Assembly: GCA_963726265.1 (NCBI GenBank) | Contig: CAVSBQ010000002.1 | Span: 896,001-960,000, forward strand | DNA length: 64,000 nucleotides | Direction of reading: 5' to 3' | From: Candidatus Aenigmatarchaeota archaeon | GTDB lineage: Archaea > Aenigmatarchaeota > Aenigmatarchaeia > QMZP01 > QMZT01 | Shown: positions 30,178-39,701 of the stretch, in pieces | How the letters are laid out: each line of letters opens with the position of its first letter | How positions within the stretch are numbered: the first letter of the stretch is position 1 | Made by a program: the position numbers and the translations under genes | Notes under the pieces: generated by a model | Database searches by the model: none | What the model was told of the DNA's origin: nothing | Seen by the model: the letters and a program-made list of their open reading frames with translations, nothing else

Positions 30178-31494
30178 ATGACTTCAGAAATAGCAATATT
30201 AAACAGTGAAGGAGTTGCTCTAGCAAGTGATAGTGCAGTTACTATAAATCAAGGTATAAAAATATATAATTCAGCAAACAAATTGTTTTGCCTATCAAAA
30301 TTCAAACCAGTAGGGATAATGATTTATGGAAATGCTAGTTTCATGAAAACTCCATTTGAAACTATTATTAAGGTTTTTCGAGAAAAATTATCTGATAAAT
30401 CATACCCAAAATTAGAAGATTATGCAGATGAGTTCATAAAATTTTTAAATAAAAATGAAATTGGAATTAGTAATAGTCAACAAACGAGTTATCGTGACTT
30501 CTTTATTCGCAACATTTTTAATGAAATAAAAAATAACATAGTGGAATCTTGCGATGATTTAATAAAAAAGAAAGGAAAAATTACTAAAAAAGAAATAAAT
30601 AAAATTTCCCTTTTAATCATAAATCAATTTAAAGAAAATTTTAGTGAAAATAAAAAATTAGAATGTTATTCTGATAAATTTTTATTAAAATTTAAAAAAT
30701 CTGTCAAATCCATTATTAATAAATCTATTAAAAATATTTTTCAAAATTTGCCACTTTCAAAAAAAGAAATTAACTATTTGGAAGAAATTATAATTTCTAT
30801 ATTCACAAAAGACAATTTTCCACCATGGGAATCAGGCATTGTAATTGCCGGTTTTGGTGAAAAAGAAATATTCCCATCACTCGTTTCATATGAAATTGAA
30901 GCTTTAATTAATAATGAATTAAAATTTAAAAAGGGTTTGCGTAGAGATAAAATAGGTTTTACAAAAAAAGCTTCGATAATTCCTTTTGCTCAGTCAGAAA
31001 TGGTTCATACTTTTATGCAGGGTGTAGATCCAAATTATAAGGAAACAACTCTATCATATTTGGAAAATGTATTTTCAAAATATCCGGATATTTTAATAGA
31101 TAATTTAAAGGACTTTTCACACCTAACAAAAAGAGATAAAAAAAATATTAAACGAAAATTAAAGAAAATAAGTTTGGATATGTTTAAAGAATATGATAAA
31201 AAAATGTCTAATTTTTCAAGGAAAAATCATATAGATAAGGTTCTTGATGTTGTTGCTGTTTTACCTAAGGATGAATTGGCTGCCATGGCAGAATCTCTTG
31301 TCAATTTAACTTCTTTCAAAAGAAGAGTCAGTATGTCTCAAGAGACAGTTGGAGGTCCAATTGATGTTGCAGTTATCTCAAAGGGAGATGGATTTATTTG
31401 GATTAAGAGAAAACATTACTTCAAACCAGAATTAAATCATCACTTTTTTAAAAACTATTTTAAAATTATGGAGGTGAATAATGAAAAAGAATGA
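30178..31494 (+). CDS. proteasome-beta-like Ntn-hydrolase with large helical insertion
   Basis: After Met removal: Thr1, Asp17 (ALASDS), Lys34 (ANKLF), GIVIAGF, C-terminal TVGGPIDVAVI; extremely AT-rich. Confidence 0.7.
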   Translation: MTSEIAILNSEGVALASDSAVTINQGIKIYNSANKLFCLSKFKPVGIMIYGNASFMKTPFETIIKVFREKLSDKSYPKLEDYADEFIKFLNKNEIGISNSQQTSYRDFFIRNIFNEIKNNIVESCDDLIKKKGKITKKEINKISLLIINQFKENFSENKKLECYSDKFLLKFKKSVKSIINKSIKNIFQNLPLSKKEINYLEEIIISIFTKDNFPPWESGIVIAGFGEKEIFPSLVSYEIEALINNELKFKKGLRRDKIGFTKKASIIPFAQSEMVHTFMQGVDPNYKETTLSYLENVFSKYPDILIDNLKDFSHLTKRDKKNIKRKLKKISLDMFKEYDKKMSNFSRKNHIDKVLDVVAVLPKDELAAMAESLVNLTSFKRRVSMSQETVGGPIDVAVISKGDGFIWIKRKHYFKPELNHHFFKNYFKIMEVNNEKE

Positions 31495-31648
31495 GGTAAA
31501 TGAATTCAGATCAATTTGTGATTTGAAAAAAAGATTTTTTCCCAATGACAAAACATGTAAAAAAACAACAAATAATATTACTGATTTGGGCATAGAACTT
31601 TCACAAAAATCTCTAGATAAAATAAAAATTAAAATTTCGAACATATAA
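31481..31648 (+). CDS. small hypothetical protein (55 aa), overlapping the Ntn hydrolase gene
   Basis: Manual translation MKKNEVNEFRSICDLKKRFFPNDKTCKKTTNNITDLGIELSQKSLDKIKIKISNI; GGAGGTGA SD at 31470-31477. Confidence 0.7.
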   Translation: MKKNEVNEFRSICDLKKRFFPNDKTCKKTTNNITDLGIELSQKSLDKIKIKISNI

Positions 31649-31790
31649 TTAAAAAATTAATTGAAATCGTCTGCTAATCATGTAGTATCTTGCGTAGTTC
31701 TATTTTAATAAAAACAAAAAACAGTAAGCGGCAAAAAACAAACCGCTCACTTTTTGGAAATTATTTGCTAGCTGCTGATATTGCTGGTGT

Positions 31791-32243
31791 TTACCTGATT
31801 AACAGCTTCGCCTGCTCTGCGTTGTATTTCCAGTCTTTGGGCAATAAGCCTTTCCTGATGTAATACTTCGCGAGGCGGCGGAGCTTCGACTCGGCGAGCT
31901 CCATCCCCCTGTAAGACTGGTAGTCCTTCTTGTTCTTGTCGAGATGGCTGCGGAGATAGACTACGTTCCTCATCACGTTTATCAGGTCCTCCGGAAGCTT
32001 GGCGTAGACCTTGTTCTCCCTGAGGATTTCGCTTAACGTCTTCTTGGTCACGACCTTGACCGAGGGTATGCCGTACTCGTCCCTGAGCAGCAGGCCTATC
32101 TGCGCGCTCTGCATGCCCTGCTTCGCGTATTTTATGACAAGGTCCTCGACTTCTTTCGGCTTGTAGTCGACCCACTTCGCGACCTTGTGCAGCGGCTTAT
32201 GCGAGCCCGACTTGCCTCTCCTGCCCGAATACATTCTTGCGAT
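31791..32243 (-). CDS. rps15: 30S ribosomal protein S15 (possible ATC start)
   Basis: ARMYSGRRGKSGS, LRDEYGIPSV, ESKLRRLAKYY. Confidence 0.95.
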   Translation of the reverse strand: MARMYSGRRGKSGSHKPLHKVAKWVDYKPKEVEDLVIKYAKQGMQSAQIGLLLRDEYGIPSVKVVTKKTLSEILRENKVYAKLPEDLINVMRNVVYLRSHLDKNKKDYQSYRGMELAESKLRRLAKYYIRKGLLPKDWKYNAEQAKLLIR

Positions 32244-32407
32244 ATTCCCACCTTATTTTATTTCGATTTTAAGAACAAGGACAAATGTCACGGATACAAG
32301 ATAGCCCTGACGAACTGTCCTGTTCTTGAGATTATAGTGGAGGCGCATATTTAAAAAGGTAACTTCCGGCTGCTGCGGAAATGCGTGGAACAATATAGGT
32401 TTTTAAG

Positions 32408-32431
32408 ATGTTTAAACATATGTTTAAACAT
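32408..32431. promoter_or_regulatory. perfect 24-bp palindrome (tandem ATGTTTAAACAT x2)
   Basis: ATGTTTAAACATATGTTTAAACAT, 4 nt before ATG 32436. Confidence 0.65.
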
Positions 32432-32435
32432 TACC

Positions 32436-32681
32436 ATGAAAACCCTGAAAACCCTTTTTGACGGCAAGGAGCACAGGATAACCACGGACGGGAAGACGTT
32501 CTTCCTCTACAGGAGGTCGGCCAGCGACACCTGGGAGCTGTGCGACAAGAACTCCTTCGACAGCACAATGTACGCAGAAGCGCTGGGGGACGTGAAACGG
32601 CTGCTCGCTGCGAACATGCCCGAGGAGGATAAGATACTCAAAATCCTCGAGTCCGGCTTCTTCAGCATTTCCAGCCTGTAA
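32436..32681 (+). CDS. small hypothetical protein
   Basis: 81-aa ORF with host codon usage. Confidence 0.65.
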   Translation: MKTLKTLFDGKEHRITTDGKTFFLYRRSASDTWELCDKNSFDSTMYAEALGDVKRLLAANMPEEDKILKILESGFFSISSL

Positions 32682-32750
32682 CGCCTTCGCTTTTGGCTCG
32701 GCCGCAGCAGGATTGCAGAAGATTTATACAAATCCCCGCAAATATTATGC

Positions 32751-33839
32751 ATGGCGCTGCCTTCTTCGCTTCTCGGCGTGGTCGAGATGCTACCCCAGAT
32801 GCTCCTGCTGGCGCAGGTTGCGATGTATGTTGTTCTTTCGTGGATTTTCGGCTCCTTCGCCTTCCGAGGCATGAAGAGACGCATGCCTTTCGCGCTCAAG
32901 CTGGCCGCGCTTTTCGGCGCGGGCTTCCTATGCCTCATAGCGGGTTCTGGCCTGAGGAGCTACATGCCCTTCCTCCGCGGCACGCTTCTAGACCTGCTGC
33001 AGCTGGATCTTCTCATAGGCGGGCTCATCGCCTCGCTGGCGATGGCGGCGGCTTTTTATCTTATTACGCGCAGCAGGGGAGCGGAAAGCGACAGCATGAC
33101 GATAAGGAAGCTGGAGGAAAGGGTCAAGCTGCTTGAGGGTTTCATGGTCAAGAACAAAATCCCGGTGCTGAAGGAGGACGAGGTCCGAAGGACCGCGGAG
33201 ACGCTGGTGCCGGGCTTCACAGCCAGGCAGGTCAGCCTGAAAGGCACGGATTGGGAAATCATACTCGAGAAGGACGGCAAAAAGGCCGCCGTAGTTTTCG
33301 ACGCCTACACCGGAGACGTCAAAGCAGTAGAACGCCCCGAGGGCAAAATCAACCCTCTCATGCTCGTCGGCGTGGCCATCATAATATGCCTGGCAGTTTT
33401 CTCGCTGCTTAGTTTCAAGGGCTTCCCCAGCATAACCGAGGGCATCGCCTCTATGATGGGCATGAACGAGGACCAGTTCAGCAGCCTGATGGGCAGCACG
33501 AACATGCCAGATGGATGCGTGGCAACCGTGCGCATCGTGATGAGCCAGGGCATAAGCGTTATCGGCGGCCAGGACATGCTCACGGACGACAGCGCGAAAG
33601 ACGTGATAGAGAGCGCGACCGGAAGGAGCGTAATGCTCATGTACAACACGGATTACGAAGGGAAAAGTTATATCATCTCTATAACGCTCCCGCAAGAGAT
33701 GAACATGACGGGTATAAGCAACGACGAGATAATGCAGAACGCGGAGATATGCACGTCGACCTCCGAAGCCCTCTGCGACTGCATAAAGCTGCCCGAGCTC
33801 AGCAAGACGCCCATGACGGGCTTGATAATCGCGTCTTAG
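32751..33839 (+). CDS. hypothetical membrane protein with PepSY-like segment
   Basis: Several TM helices; WEIILE....VVFDAYTGDV PepSY-like pattern. Confidence 0.7.
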   Translation: MALPSSLLGVVEMLPQMLLLAQVAMYVVLSWIFGSFAFRGMKRRMPFALKLAALFGAGFLCLIAGSGLRSYMPFLRGTLLDLLQLDLLIGGLIASLAMAAAFYLITRSRGAESDSMTIRKLEERVKLLEGFMVKNKIPVLKEDEVRRTAETLVPGFTARQVSLKGTDWEIILEKDGKKAAVVFDAYTGDVKAVERPEGKINPLMLVGVAIIICLAVFSLLSFKGFPSITEGIASMMGMNEDQFSSLMGSTNMPDGCVATVRIVMSQGISVIGGQDMLTDDSAKDVIESATGRSVMLMYNTDYEGKSYIISITLPQEMNMTGISNDEIMQNAEICTSTSEALCDCIKLPELSKTPMTGLIIAS

Positions 33840-33874
33840 AATCAGGCAGAAAAAGCTTTGTTTTATGCTACGGC

Positions 33875-34282
33875 TCACACCTTTTTGATGGTGTGTTTTG
33901 AGCCGCAGGCCTCGCACTTGAGGAAAAGCAAGCGGTCGTCCTTCATGAACTTCGTGTCCGGCTTGCCGCAGTCTCGGCAGAGGACATACTCCTTGGCGTA
34001 GAGCTCGATTTTCTTGTCGACGACTTCAGGCCTGAACTTGCCCTGCACGACTAGCCTCGTGCCCTGCATTTCGCCGGAAGTCGCGAGTTCCTTGAGGATG
34101 AATTTCTGCAGGTGGTCGGGCTCGCGGCGGAAGGCGCTGGCAATATCGTTGAAGTTGATTATGACGGTGCGCGCGCCGGCGGGCTGGATGTTCGCGCGCG
34201 GCATCTCGAAGCGGTCGCTGCCCTCAGTATTCTTCGGCAGTTTTTCAATTGCCCTGTCCAGCAGCTTTTCGTAGGCGTCCAT
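33875..34282 (-). CDS. eif2b: translation initiation factor 2 beta subunit
   Basis: YEKLLDRA, RFEMP, YVLCRDCGKPDT, CEACG. Confidence 0.95.
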   Translation of the reverse strand: MDAYEKLLDRAIEKLPKNTEGSDRFEMPRANIQPAGARTVIINFNDIASAFRREPDHLQKFILKELATSGEMQGTRLVVQGKFRPEVVDKKIELYAKEYVLCRDCGKPDTKFMKDDRLLFLKCEACGSKHTIKKV

Positions 34283-34331
34283 AAGCATCAATTATCATAA
34301 TTAACATCCCCGAATTTAAAACCGTTTGCCG

Positions 34332-35180
34332 TCAAGAATGTGCTATAAGATATTCTATAAGCTCTTCGCCGCATGAAAAGTCCGGAATGAGTATGTCGCA
34401 TCCGGCCTTGGTGAGGCGCCTTATTTTTTCCAAGTTATAGCCGCTTCCGGTGGTCTCGTCCGAGGCCACGCCCACCGCTATCGCCCCGTTTCTTTTCGTG
34501 TCCGCTATTTCCACGGGACCGTCGCCGAATACCACGAGCTCCGAACCTGAGTTTTGAGACCTTACGAGCCTTTTGATTATGTTTCCCTTGGTTTCATCCA
34601 TCGAGGGGGTCGCCCCGTGGATGTTGCCGCCAAAAAGCCCGGAGAGCTGCAGGGCATCTGCCTCTTCGAACACGTCATCACTGTCCGTGCCGCTGGCAAG
34701 GTGCATCACGACTCCTCTCTGCCTAAGCTTTGGGCAGAATGAAGGCGCGCCCTTCACCATGAAATCAGCCGGGGTCTTCTCTCCGGATGAAAGACGGGCA
34801 AGCCTTCCCTTCACCTGCGTTTTCAGGAGTTTGCAGTATTCGCCCTTGTAATCCCACTCGTTCTTTATCTGCCCTTCCGGAACCATGCCATATCTTCTTA
34901 CCATCTCCGTGAGGGCTTTCATCTGGTTAATCGTGTAGCTGCCAGTGGAGGCATCTATGTAGCTGCGGACGTCTTCAACAATCTCCGGCCGTGGCTCCGT
35001 GCCGTTGCATATGGCCTTGAGCATGAAATCTTCCATCACTATTTCCCAACCGCGGCGCAGAAGCGAGAGGGTGCCGTCAAAATCGAAAAGCGCATTCCTG
35101 ACACGACCTTTCCCTTCCAGCTTATTATATATCCTTATGTCGGTTCCTGCCAGAATCTGGTATGGACACTTGGTGTTCAT
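34332..35180 (-). CDS. HAD-superfamily hydrolase
   Basis: FDFDGTLS, ASGT, FGDGPVEI. Confidence 0.88.
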   Translation of the reverse strand: MNTKCPYQILAGTDIRIYNKLEGKGRVRNALFDFDGTLSLLRRGWEIVMEDFMLKAICNGTEPRPEIVEDVRSYIDASTGSYTINQMKALTEMVRRYGMVPEGQIKNEWDYKGEYCKLLKTQVKGRLARLSSGEKTPADFMVKGAPSFCPKLRQRGVVMHLASGTDSDDVFEEADALQLSGLFGGNIHGATPSMDETKGNIIKRLVRSQNSGSELVVFGDGPVEIADTKRNGAIAVGVASDETTGSGYNLEKIRRLTKAGCDILIPDFSCGEELIEYLIAHS

Positions 35181-35217
35181 ACATTTAATTTACATAAAAT
35201 TTTAAATTGCTTGCCTG

Positions 35218-36987
35218 TCATTCGCAGAAATCCTCGGAGAAGGAAAGCTTCGTTTCCCGTTTTGATGCGAACTCGTCGAGGAGGCGCTTCTCATCTTCTG
35301 GAAGCTTCTGCTTGAGCCTTTCGAGAATCTCGAAGTCGCGCTCGTAAAGCACGGTCTCCAGCTCGTCGCCCTCGCTAATCTGTCTGCCGATGGTTACTCC
35401 GTCCATCGAGACCGCGACATTCTCGCCTATCTTCGCCCGGTCGACGTTCTCGCCTTCCGCCTGCAGCTCCTTTATCTCCCCGACAAGCTTGTCCCCCTTC
35501 CTCAGCTTGTAGCCGGGCCTTATTACGCCTGCGACCACCTCGACGCCGAATATCGCGGGCTTAGACTGGCGGAAGACGTAGCCCTGCATTACCCTTATCC
35601 TTCCAGGGTGGGTAACGCTGTCGAGCATCATGGCATCCGCGTTCTTCTTCATGTCGCTTTCCCATTTTTTGTATTCCTCGACGAGGCGGTAGATGATGTT
35701 CGACCTGAAAATCTTCGCCCCGAGCTTTTTCGAGCATTCCTCGGCGTCGGGGAGCACGTCGACGTTGAAGGCGAATATGACCGGCTTCTTCATGTTCGAG
35801 CTTTCCATCACGTCCGCTTTCAGCACGCTGCCGACCTTCGCCTTGCGTATCGGCACGGCCATGTCCTGCATCACCTTGATGAGGCCTTCCAGGCTGCCGA
35901 GGGTGTCCGCCTTGAGAATCGCTCCATCATTCTCCGTTTCTATTTCGACTTCCTCGATTTCCTTCTCTATGTCTTTCTTCGCTTCCTCGATGCGCTTCTC
36001 GCTGCTCACGAACCTGACCGGAGAGCCTGCGACCGCGTCCGCCAGGTCGGGCGCGGATATCTTGACGCCGCACGCCGCCGAAGCGGAATCGATGGGCTGG
36101 AAGACGCGTTCGACTCGCATCTCCTTGAGCGGCTCGGGCTTGAGCAGCGCCTTGACTTTCGTGACCATCGTGCTGCGGCCGCCGATTATCATCGTATCCC
36201 CGCGGCTGATGACGCCGTCGTAAAGTATGACATCTATGGTCGTTCCCATGCCCCTGTATTCCCTGACTTCGAGTATCGTCCCTTTCCCCATCCCTTCGGA
36301 GACCTCGAGCCGCTTTTCAAGATATCTTTGCGCGAGTCCGGTCAGGACCATGAGCAGGTCGGGGATGCCCTCGCCGGTCGTGGAAGAAACGGGGACGATG
36401 CAGACGGCCTTTGCGAAGTCGCCGACGCGGTCGTAGCGCTCGGATTTTATGCCGCGCTCTGCCAGCTGGCCGACGATCCTGTAGATTTTCTCCTCAAGTT
36501 CGTCCTGCGCCCTCGCGTCCTGCGACGCGTAGCCTTTCAGGAAGCACCCGTTCTCCTCCGAATGCCAGCCCAGGATGCGGTCGATTTTCGTCGCGGCGAT
36601 GACGAACGGCGTCTTGAACTCCTTCAGGAACGTGAGGCTTTCCTCGGTCTGCTTCTGGAAGCCCTCGTTGACGTCGATAATCAGGATAGCCAGGTCTGCT
36701 ATCGCGCCCCCGCGCTTGCGCAGGGTGGCAAAGGCCTCGTGGCCGGGCGTGTCTATGAAAAGCAGGCCGGGGAGCTTTATCTCAACGTTCATCCGCTTCA
36801 TCAGGTCCCCGCAGACGCGGATGATGTTTTCAATCGGCACTTCGCTCGCACCGATGTGCTGGGTGATGCCGCCCGCTTCGCCGTGAGCGACAGCGCTTCC
36901 CCTGATGCGGTCGAGCAAAGTCGTCTTCCCCGAGTCCACGTGACCCAGCACGGATATTATCGGCTGCCGTATTGGCATAGGCATCAC
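35218..36987 (-). CDS. infB: translation initiation factor aIF5B
   Basis: GHVDSGKT, GGITQHIGA, DTPGHE, KADTLGSLE. Confidence 0.96.
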   Translation of the reverse strand: MMPMPIRQPIISVLGHVDSGKTTLLDRIRGSAVAHGEAGGITQHIGASEVPIENIIRVCGDLMKRMNVEIKLPGLLFIDTPGHEAFATLRKRGGAIADLAILIIDVNEGFQKQTEESLTFLKEFKTPFVIAATKIDRILGWHSEENGCFLKGYASQDARAQDELEEKIYRIVGQLAERGIKSERYDRVGDFAKAVCIVPVSSTTGEGIPDLLMVLTGLAQRYLEKRLEVSEGMGKGTILEVREYRGMGTTIDVILYDGVISRGDTMIIGGRSTMVTKVKALLKPEPLKEMRVERVFQPIDSASAACGVKISAPDLADAVAGSPVRFVSSEKRIEEAKKDIEKEIEEVEIETENDGAILKADTLGSLEGLIKVMQDMAVPIRKAKVGSVLKADVMESSNMKKPVIFAFNVDVLPDAEECSKKLGAKIFRSNIIYRLVEEYKKWESDMKKNADAMMLDSVTHPGRIRVMQGYVFRQSKPAIFGVEVVAGVIRPGYKLRKGDKLVGEIKELQAEGENVDRAKIGENVAVSMDGVTIGRQISEGDELETVLYERDFEILERLKQKLPEDEKRLLDEFASKRETKLSFSEDFCE

Positions 36988-37088
36988 TTAGCATGGTAAT
37001 TATGTATGATTGATTGAGGTAATTAAAAAGTAACTCAGAGGGCGTTTGGCAAAAGTAGTTTTATATTTACACATTTTAACCATTAATC

Positions 37089-37607
37089 ATGCTAACCGAC
37101 GAGACCATACGCAAGATATTCGACGAGGAGAGGAATTCCCCCGGCCTGACGAATCTGCCCGACGATTTCTTCGAGCAGCTGAGGGAATACCTTGAGAAGA
37201 AGAGGAAGATGACGCGCGACGAGACCGACCAGTGGGCCATGGAGGCGGTGAAAAGGCGGCTCGACACGATATTCGCGAGGCGCGAGCGCAAAATCCTCAA
37301 TGCCGCCCACGGTTTCATTGATTCAGCCGTGATTCCGGAGAACATGACTAACGAGGAACGCGCCTTTTTCGAAAGGATAGTCGCGTGCGTGAACGGCTAC
37401 AGGAAGGACAGGGAGGGGAAGCTGGAGAAGCAAGAGGAGAAGCTGGCGCTGGTCACGCTCCTCGGCGAAATCCCGCGCTTCGTTGGCATCAACATGAAGG
37501 GCTACGGCCCGTTCAATAAAGGCGATGTCGCGACCCTGCCAGAGCTCAACGCCGAACTGCTCGTGAAAAAGGGCCTCGCCGAAAAGATAGAGACGAACGA
37601 CAACTAA
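37089..37607 (+). CDS. GINS complex subunit (Gins51-like)
   Basis: LPDDFF, RRERKI, C-terminal B domain YGPF.KGDVATLP..NA.LL. Confidence 0.85.
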   Translation: MLTDETIRKIFDEERNSPGLTNLPDDFFEQLREYLEKKRKMTRDETDQWAMEAVKRRLDTIFARRERKILNAAHGFIDSAVIPENMTNEERAFFERIVACVNGYRKDREGKLEKQEEKLALVTLLGEIPRFVGINMKGYGPFNKGDVATLPELNAELLVKKGLAEKIETNDN

Positions 37608-37659
37608 GGAACATGCTGGTTTTATAAAATTTTTTCCGAGATTAGAAGCAGGTGATAAG

Positions 37660-38289
37660 ATGAAAAAGCCGTTTGAACAAATATTTGTTGAGCCTATCGT
37701 TCACCCAGTTAAGCACCGCGTCGCTGAACCATATCTCAAGACTCCTGATCAGATATATCTATCCGATACTTCGCCTGTTGCAGTGGTGGTGAGGGAACTG
37801 GCCTATGCCTCCCATACCGGAGACCAGAAATTACTGATTGCTGTAATGCGCAAATACAGAGGGCTGCTCAATAAAGCTTTTGGCGTCAGCGAAGATGGCT
37901 CGTTACAATTAGATTCATTTATGGCGGAATGTGAAAAGAAATTACCCGACGACGTCTTCCCTTCTTACGCTGACGGAGGTATAAGAATCGGTGATTTTTT
38001 TAAAGATAATTTGAGAGGCTATGTTTTAGAAAAACATCCAGATTTTTCTTCTTCCAGTCCGCTGGAACCGATGTCTTACCTTTCCATGAAACCGGAAAAT
38101 TTGTCATCTTCTTTGATATTGGCCCAGCGTCCCATGAGAGATGATGACGGGAAGCCTTTTGGAAAAAAATATGGCATATCTGAAATAATACCTCTTGCCG
38201 TGAAAGCAAAAGAAAGGCCTTTGCGACAACGTGTCGAGATGTCAATGAAAAAAATACCCAGGAGAAAAAAGCAGATGACATTCCCGTGA
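37660..38289 (+). CDS. AT-richer hypothetical protein
   Basis: 209-aa ORF with AGGTGA SD. Confidence 0.65.
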   Translation: MKKPFEQIFVEPIVHPVKHRVAEPYLKTPDQIYLSDTSPVAVVVRELAYASHTGDQKLLIAVMRKYRGLLNKAFGVSEDGSLQLDSFMAECEKKLPDDVFPSYADGGIRIGDFFKDNLRGYVLEKHPDFSSSSPLEPMSYLSMKPENLSSSLILAQRPMRDDDGKPFGKKYGISEIIPLAVKAKERPLRQRVEMSMKKIPRRKKQMTFP

Positions 38290-38296
38290 TGCTTGA

Positions 38297-38905
38297 CTAG
38301 TTCTTGCCCTTTCTTATCTTTTTCTTCTTGACTTCCTTGGGCTTCTCTTCTTTCTTGGGCGCGGCTGCAACAGGCGCTGCCGCTGCGGCTTCCCCTTCTG
38401 CGCCAGGCACCGCAGCTGGCGCGGCCGCCGCCATCTTGGCTTCCGTCGCCCTCTTCTGCGCGTCCTTGAACGCCTTCATTTCCGCGTCCGTGAGGGCGCC
38501 TTTGCCTATGCTCACGCCCATGCTTCTCGCGGAACCCCTGACCTGCGTCACGAACCTGTCAGCATCAGAACCGAACTTGGCAAGCGCGATTTTCACGACC
38601 TGCTCCTCGCTGAGGTCGCCCGCCCTGGCTTTTCCCGCTTCGCTCGAGCCGCTCTCGAGGCTGAGCTCCTTTTTTATCAGCGCGCTCACGGGCGGCGTGC
38701 CGACCTTTATCTCAAAGTTCTTCGTGGCGGTGTCGACTATGACGGTGACCGGGACCTGCATGCCCTCGAGGCTCTTCGTCTTGGCGTTTATCTCGTCTAT
38801 TATCTTCTTTATCGGGACGCCAAGCGGGCCGAGCGCCGGTCCTAGCGGAGGCGCGGCTGTCGCCTTGCCTCCTTCCACCATCACGCTTACCTTTTCTCTC
38901 GACAT
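38297..38905 (-). CDS. rpl11: 50S ribosomal protein L11 with Ala/Lys-rich tail
   Basis: GGKATAAPPLGPALGPLG, GTPPVSALIKKE. Confidence 0.95.
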   Translation of the reverse strand: MSREKVSVMVEGGKATAAPPLGPALGPLGVPIKKIIDEINAKTKSLEGMQVPVTVIVDTATKNFEIKVGTPPVSALIKKELSLESGSSEAGKARAGDLSEEQVVKIALAKFGSDADRFVTQVRGSARSMGVSIGKGALTDAEMKAFKDAQKRATEAKMAAAAPAAVPGAEGEAAAAAPVAAAPKKEEKPKEVKKKKIRKGKN

Positions 38906-38939
38906 AATCATCAGTATTGCATGCCCTGATTTTTAAGCA

Positions 38940-39410
38940 TTACTGGCCCTGCGCAGGCCCCTCGCCGGGCGCGGGCTTATCCCTCTTGATGAGCTTAAGG
39001 AGCTCGACCGAGATCGTGACGGGGATGGGTATGCTCGCCTCGAGCAGCTCGACCGTGACCTCGTCCTTGACCTTGTCTATCCTCTGCACCCTTCCCTTTT
39101 CTCCCTTGAAAGGTCCGCCTATTATCTCGACTATGTCCCCATCGCTCACCGCGATCTTCACCTTCTTGGACTCGAAGAAGTGCTGTATCTCCGGAAGCGT
39201 CACGGGCTTCTCTATGAGGCCCTTGATGTGCATTATCCCCTGGATGGCCTTCCTGACCTCGCCCTCCGGGCCTTCTATGAACACGTAGCCTTTCAGCTCG
39301 CCCGGGTGGGAAATGCTCTTGACGCGCAGGTTGTCCATCCTTATCTTGTTGCCTATCATGTCGATGACGATGTGCTCCCTGCCGGACGTCGTCCTGATAG
39401 TATATATCAT
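38940..39410 (-). CDS. spt5: transcription elongation factor Spt5
   Basis: LKGYVFIE, KOW GDIVEIIGGPFKGE. Confidence 0.95.
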   Translation of the reverse strand: MIYTIRTTSGREHIVIDMIGNKIRMDNLRVKSISHPGELKGYVFIEGPEGEVRKAIQGIMHIKGLIEKPVTLPEIQHFFESKKVKIAVSDGDIVEIIGGPFKGEKGRVQRIDKVKDEVTVELLEASIPIPVTISVELLKLIKRDKPAPGEGPAQGQ

Positions 39411-39592
39411 AAGCAGAAACCCCCGAACGAGCACGCTATAATAGAGGCTATGAAAATCACGAAGCCGATCACTCCTATGAGCACCAGGCCTATCGCGCAT
39501 ATCTTGCTCGTCGAAGTGAACTCATATCTGCTAGGCTTCCTGGCTACCTGCAGGACCCTCTTCCAGTTGCCGACCAGTTCCTTGAAACCCAT
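39407..39592 (-). CDS. secE: protein translocase SecE (Sec61 gamma)
   Basis: RVLQVARKPS..EF plus TM helix; ftsZ-secE-spt5-rpl11 synteny. Confidence 0.92.
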   Translation of the reverse strand: MGFKELVGNWKRVLQVARKPSRYEFTSTSKICAIGLVLIGVIGFVIFIASIIACSFGGFCL

Positions 39593-39701
39593 GATGATAC
39601 CTTATTCTGTATTATATAGGTTATCTGTTTAAATAACTGCTTTAAAAAGGTTTGAAGGGGGCCCAGAAAAGTGTCTGGTCACGCCCCACCTGTCATGCTG
39701 T

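Noticed and set aside
9287..36999. Long antisense or alternate-frame ORFs (e.g. 9287-10519, 18552-19928, 21400-22425, 35608-36999)
   Set aside because: Shadow ORFs of GC-rich, codon-biased genes on the opposite strand; no motifs
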